Both the position numbers and the translations under genes were made by a program. Under the pieces are notes generated by a model, which was not told the origin of the DNA, searched no databases, and saw only the letters and a program-made list of their open reading frames with translations. Shown here one piece after another: positions 60,310 to 64,000 of a stretch of DNA of 64,000 nucleotides. Position 1 is the first letter of the stretch; the number at the start of each line of letters is the position of its first letter. This DNA is from Octopus bimaculoides (Eukaryota), in NCBI RefSeq assembly GCF_001194135.2, contig NC_069007.1, positions 7,094 through 71,093 of the forward strand, in the 5' to 3' direction.

Positions 60310-61200
60310 AACAATAATCCTTTCTACTCTAGGTACGAGGTCTGAAATTTTGGGGGATGGCATTAGTTGATTCCATTGATCCCAGTACGTAACTGGTACT
60401 TAAATTATCGATCCTGAAAGGATGAAAGGCAAAGTCGACCTTGGTGGTATTTGAACTCAGACCGTAGAGACAGACAACCCGAAGGTACAAGGCCAATTTT
60501 GGAGGTTGAGAAGACATTGACCGCTGTTCATGATTGGTACGTTAATCTTTTCTTAAGCTCTTAATCCCTTCTCAGAGAATGAAAGACAAAGATGATCTCT
60601 ATGATTTATTCCTAGCGTTCCTAGCACAGTGTCACAAAATGTGGGATGAGTATTGTCTATGTAAGTGGCTTCCACCAACCACTGCTCCACAATATTTTAT
60701 CAACACAAGCAAAATAGTGACAAGTAAAGCTGACCTTGGCAACCCCTGAAATAAGAACATAGTTTAATACACCACAATACATTTTGTCTGATGCCTCACT
60801 TACTCTGTATTAAAATAGTTTTAATTTAATTATTAGAGGGTGTGGGCTAGTCAACTGACACCAGTATATAACTGGTACTTCATTTCATCAACCCTGAAAG
60901 AATGAAAAGCAAAGTTAGCCTGAAAGGGATTCAAACTCAGAATGTAGAATGACACAACGCAGCAACAGAAGGCATTTTTCTGGTGTTCTAATGGGTCACT
61001 CAACCCACAAACCTAATCATAACGACTCCTGATTTAGGCACAAGAGCAAAGATTTTGAGGAAAGGTGGGGGTGGGGTTAAAAGTATTAATCCTTGTACTT
61101 GAATGGTACTATAATTACTTGGTCCTGGATGAACGAAAGGTAATGTTGACTTAATGCAATTTGAACTTGGAATGTATAGAGCCTGAACAAATTCCACAAC
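60310..61200 (-). mobile_element. Cluster of decayed tRNA-derived SINE fragments
   Basis: Repeated aactggtactt...ctgaaaggatgaaaggcaaagt...tttgaactcag motifs at about 60310-60470, 60840-60950 and 61030-61190. Confidence 0.7.
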
Positions 61201-61599
61201 ACAAATTTGCTCAACATTCTAAAGATTCTGGCAGTTCACTGCTATAATAATAATAATAATAACAGTATTATGTAACGCAAAATATAGAAAAACAACAATA
61301 GTAACAATAATTATTATTATCATAAACGTTAATGTCTTTTTAGAAAACAAAAATGGTTAATTTGAACTTTAGGAAGATGACAATTAACACTGACAGGGAT
61401 GTAAAAAAATATAAATGGAGAATCAGAACAGGTGTTACATCATCAGTGAACTTCTTTTCAAAATTCTCCTTTTGTTCCACACATTCTACACTCATTCTTA
61501 GGTGATATTGGTCCAACATGACATCCTCACCACAAATTTCTCAATTCTCTTCAAAATCTCTCTTATGCATGCATTAAACATAGTGTAATGAATGTGAGT

Positions 61600-62030
61600 G
61601 ATTGTTGCTAAGTATATACACATACACATATATAAATATATATATATACACACATGTATATACATATATTTACAAATATATATATATATCCATATATATA
61701 CACACACGCACACACATATATATATATACAGACATGCTCATATATATATATATATGCATAAATATATATACATACATATCTATACATACATACATATGTA
61801 TATACACGTATACATATGTACATTTATATACATACATATATATATATATACATGTATACATACATATATATGAATACATATATATATATATACATATATG
61901 TAATTGTATACATGTACATATATATAGACATTAAATATATATACACATATACAACACATATTTATACACAGTTATATGCACATATATATATACATACATA
62001 TGTGTACATATACATAACTGTTTACACAGA
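61600..62030. repeat. Compound (TA)/(CA) microsatellite
   Basis: Low-complexity tract that explains the YIYI-type ORFs. Confidence 0.95.
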
Positions 62031-62179
62031 CATGCAGAATGTAAATAGACACCTTTAATTTTCAAAATTTCTGATCTAAGCGTCTTAATATGTTTTCAGC
62101 GCTGTAGAATTTACAATGTAATTATTCTTTTTCATTCCAGGTGTCACTATATTAAACATTTGCGAAGAGTAACCTAGCC

Positions 62180-62540
62180 ACGCACAAAATATTCAGCAGA
62201 ACTGTCAGATTTTCAAAGAGGTCGTATTGTTGGGCAATCTGAGCAAGGGAAAAATTGTTGAAAATCTTCAAATTCCTCTTGCTATGGTTAATAGAATTAT
62301 GGTGCAATTCAAAAGCCAGGGAGAAGAATCAACAGATTCTCATCCTGACCGACATGGGCCCTCAGCAGAGAAGCTTCGCAGTTTGAAGAGACTTGTGGAA
62401 AACTAACCCCGTTTGAAGGCTTTTGACATTGTAAAACAATGAGAAGTTAGTCCAAGAACGTGTGTTACATATTTGCATAAACTTTGGTATTATGGGCGAG
62501 CAGCTACAAGAAAGCCTTTCCTTCAATAAATGAATATCAA
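62180..62540 (+). mobile_element. Tc1 transposase N-terminal remnant
   Basis: ELSDFQRGRIVGQ...GRAATRKPFL. Confidence 0.7.
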
Positions 62541-63304
62541 ATAAAACAATTTTAAACTTAAGGGTGCCTATTTACTTCCTGCATGTCTATGTACATATGT
62601 GTATAATATACATATATACATACACATATACAAATATATATATATATACAAATATATGTATACACATATAGATATATACATATATATATATGTATATATA
62701 TATATATGTATATACATATATATATATGCATATATATATATGCATGTATAACAAGTGGAGGTTTCAAATCTCTTCCAGGAATTACAAAAGTTCTTATTAA
62801 ATAACATTTTTATTTACGCAACCAAATGTCCCTCAGCAAAAAGATTGTCTGTGAAAAGGGGCCACAAAGCAGCTTTGACATAATAACCAATTCTCCTCCA
62901 AATCTTTAAAGTAAACCCAATAACTGAAATAAATATAAATATCTTAATTTTCTTATAAAAATTGTTATTTCTTTGGTAAGGGTGTTTAGAAATAAAAAAA
63001 TACTCTCGTGGAGGTTTCAAATCTCTGCCAGAAATTACAAGATGTCTTATTTAAATATTTTTTATCTAAGCAACCAAATTTTCATCAACAAAAAGATTGT
63101 TATGATAGATTTAAATATCTCTTAATTTACTACATTAATATGTTGGGTGTCTTGGTGGTCTTGTGGGTAGAGACATAGACAGCCACATTGAACATCCTGG
63201 GCAGGGTCCAATATATATATATGTACATATATATGTACATATATACGTACATATATATATATATATACATATAAATATATAAATATATACATATAAATAT
63301 ATAA

Positions 63305-63335
<31 letters not shown>

Positions 63336-63379
63336 CATACATATAAATATATAATATATATATATACATATATATATAT

Positions 63380-64000
63380 ATTGAAGACCTCTATATCCAT
63401 GTCTTGCAGGTCTCTCAACTGTTTTGGCAGGGCAATTAAAGAGCTGAGGTCCTCTGAAACTGAGGCTGTTGCAGTACCTTGTTCTTATGTGAGATGCAGT
63501 GGACGGTACCCTTGGTACCATGCAGTGGAAACCTGTGTAGGCATTCGTGTAGTTCTTGATGCCAAAGTTTGGTACCAGTCCTTCCAGTATTTTCCATATG
63601 TATATTATTACATATCTCACCTGCCTGCGCTCCAAGGAGCAGAGACCTAGTGCCTTCAGTCGCTGGACTGTGGCGATCTTTTTTGTATAGTAATGCTGAA
63701 TTGCCTCGAGTTCTGCTGTCCGCTTAACACTGTATGGTGACCACAACTGAGAGCAATAGTCTAGGCGGCTCAGAACAAATGTCTTCCATAGAGTCAACAT
63801 GACTTTTTGATCCCTTGTACGGAATGTCCTCAGTATCCACCCTGCCAGTTGTCTGCACTTTGCTGTCAACTTGACAATGTGCATGTGAAATGATGCATCA
63901 CTACACATGTTGATGCCCAGGTCTCTTACTGTTTGTGATTCTGGGATTGCAGTACCTCCAGGTCCTGTGTATGCCAGTTGGGGGGCACTTGTGGCCTTGT
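63380..64000 (-). mobile_element. CR1/L2-type LINE RT C-terminal fragment
   Basis: [11 protein letters not shown]...[12 protein letters not shown]...[21 protein letters not shown]; same family as 50935-51985. Confidence 0.88.

Noticed and set aside
61498-63418. Many Y/I/H/T-rich ORFs
   Set aside because: Translations of dinucleotide microsatellites with no coding signal.

Overview
AT-rich, microsatellite- and transposon-dense animal DNA with five N-gaps. The repeat families and KRAB-less tandem C2H2 genes point to an octopus (coleoid cephalopod) genome; this is an inference. The left half is a C2H2 zinc-finger cluster: three minus-strand paralogues (ZNF-A, cut by the window edge at 1-254; ZNF-B 7625-8560; ZNF-C 18140-19660) and one plus-strand gene (ZNF-D 30290-31705). 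The right half holds a 9-coding-exon minus-strand gene (53069 to 34358; 1608 nt, 535 aa), reconstructed by hand with all splice phases consistent. It encodes ankyrin repeats plus two RING fingers, i.e. a Mind bomb (MIB2)-like E3 ligase with no N-terminal MZM/REP region visible. The rest is decayed mariner/Tc1, hAT, RTE, CR1, R4-like, Penelope and Gypsy fragments, tRNA-derived SINEs and several palindromic MITEs. The most notable unexplained structure is a cassette shared by the three minus-strand ZNF genes: an NRF-1-type palindrome, then about 100 nt later an invariant ATGGTAAAGTAAT (a start codon plus two overlapping GT donors), an intron containing a long hairpin, and a conserved acceptor/leader. 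Either donor would create an intron-split upstream ORF that stops before the zinc-finger ORF.
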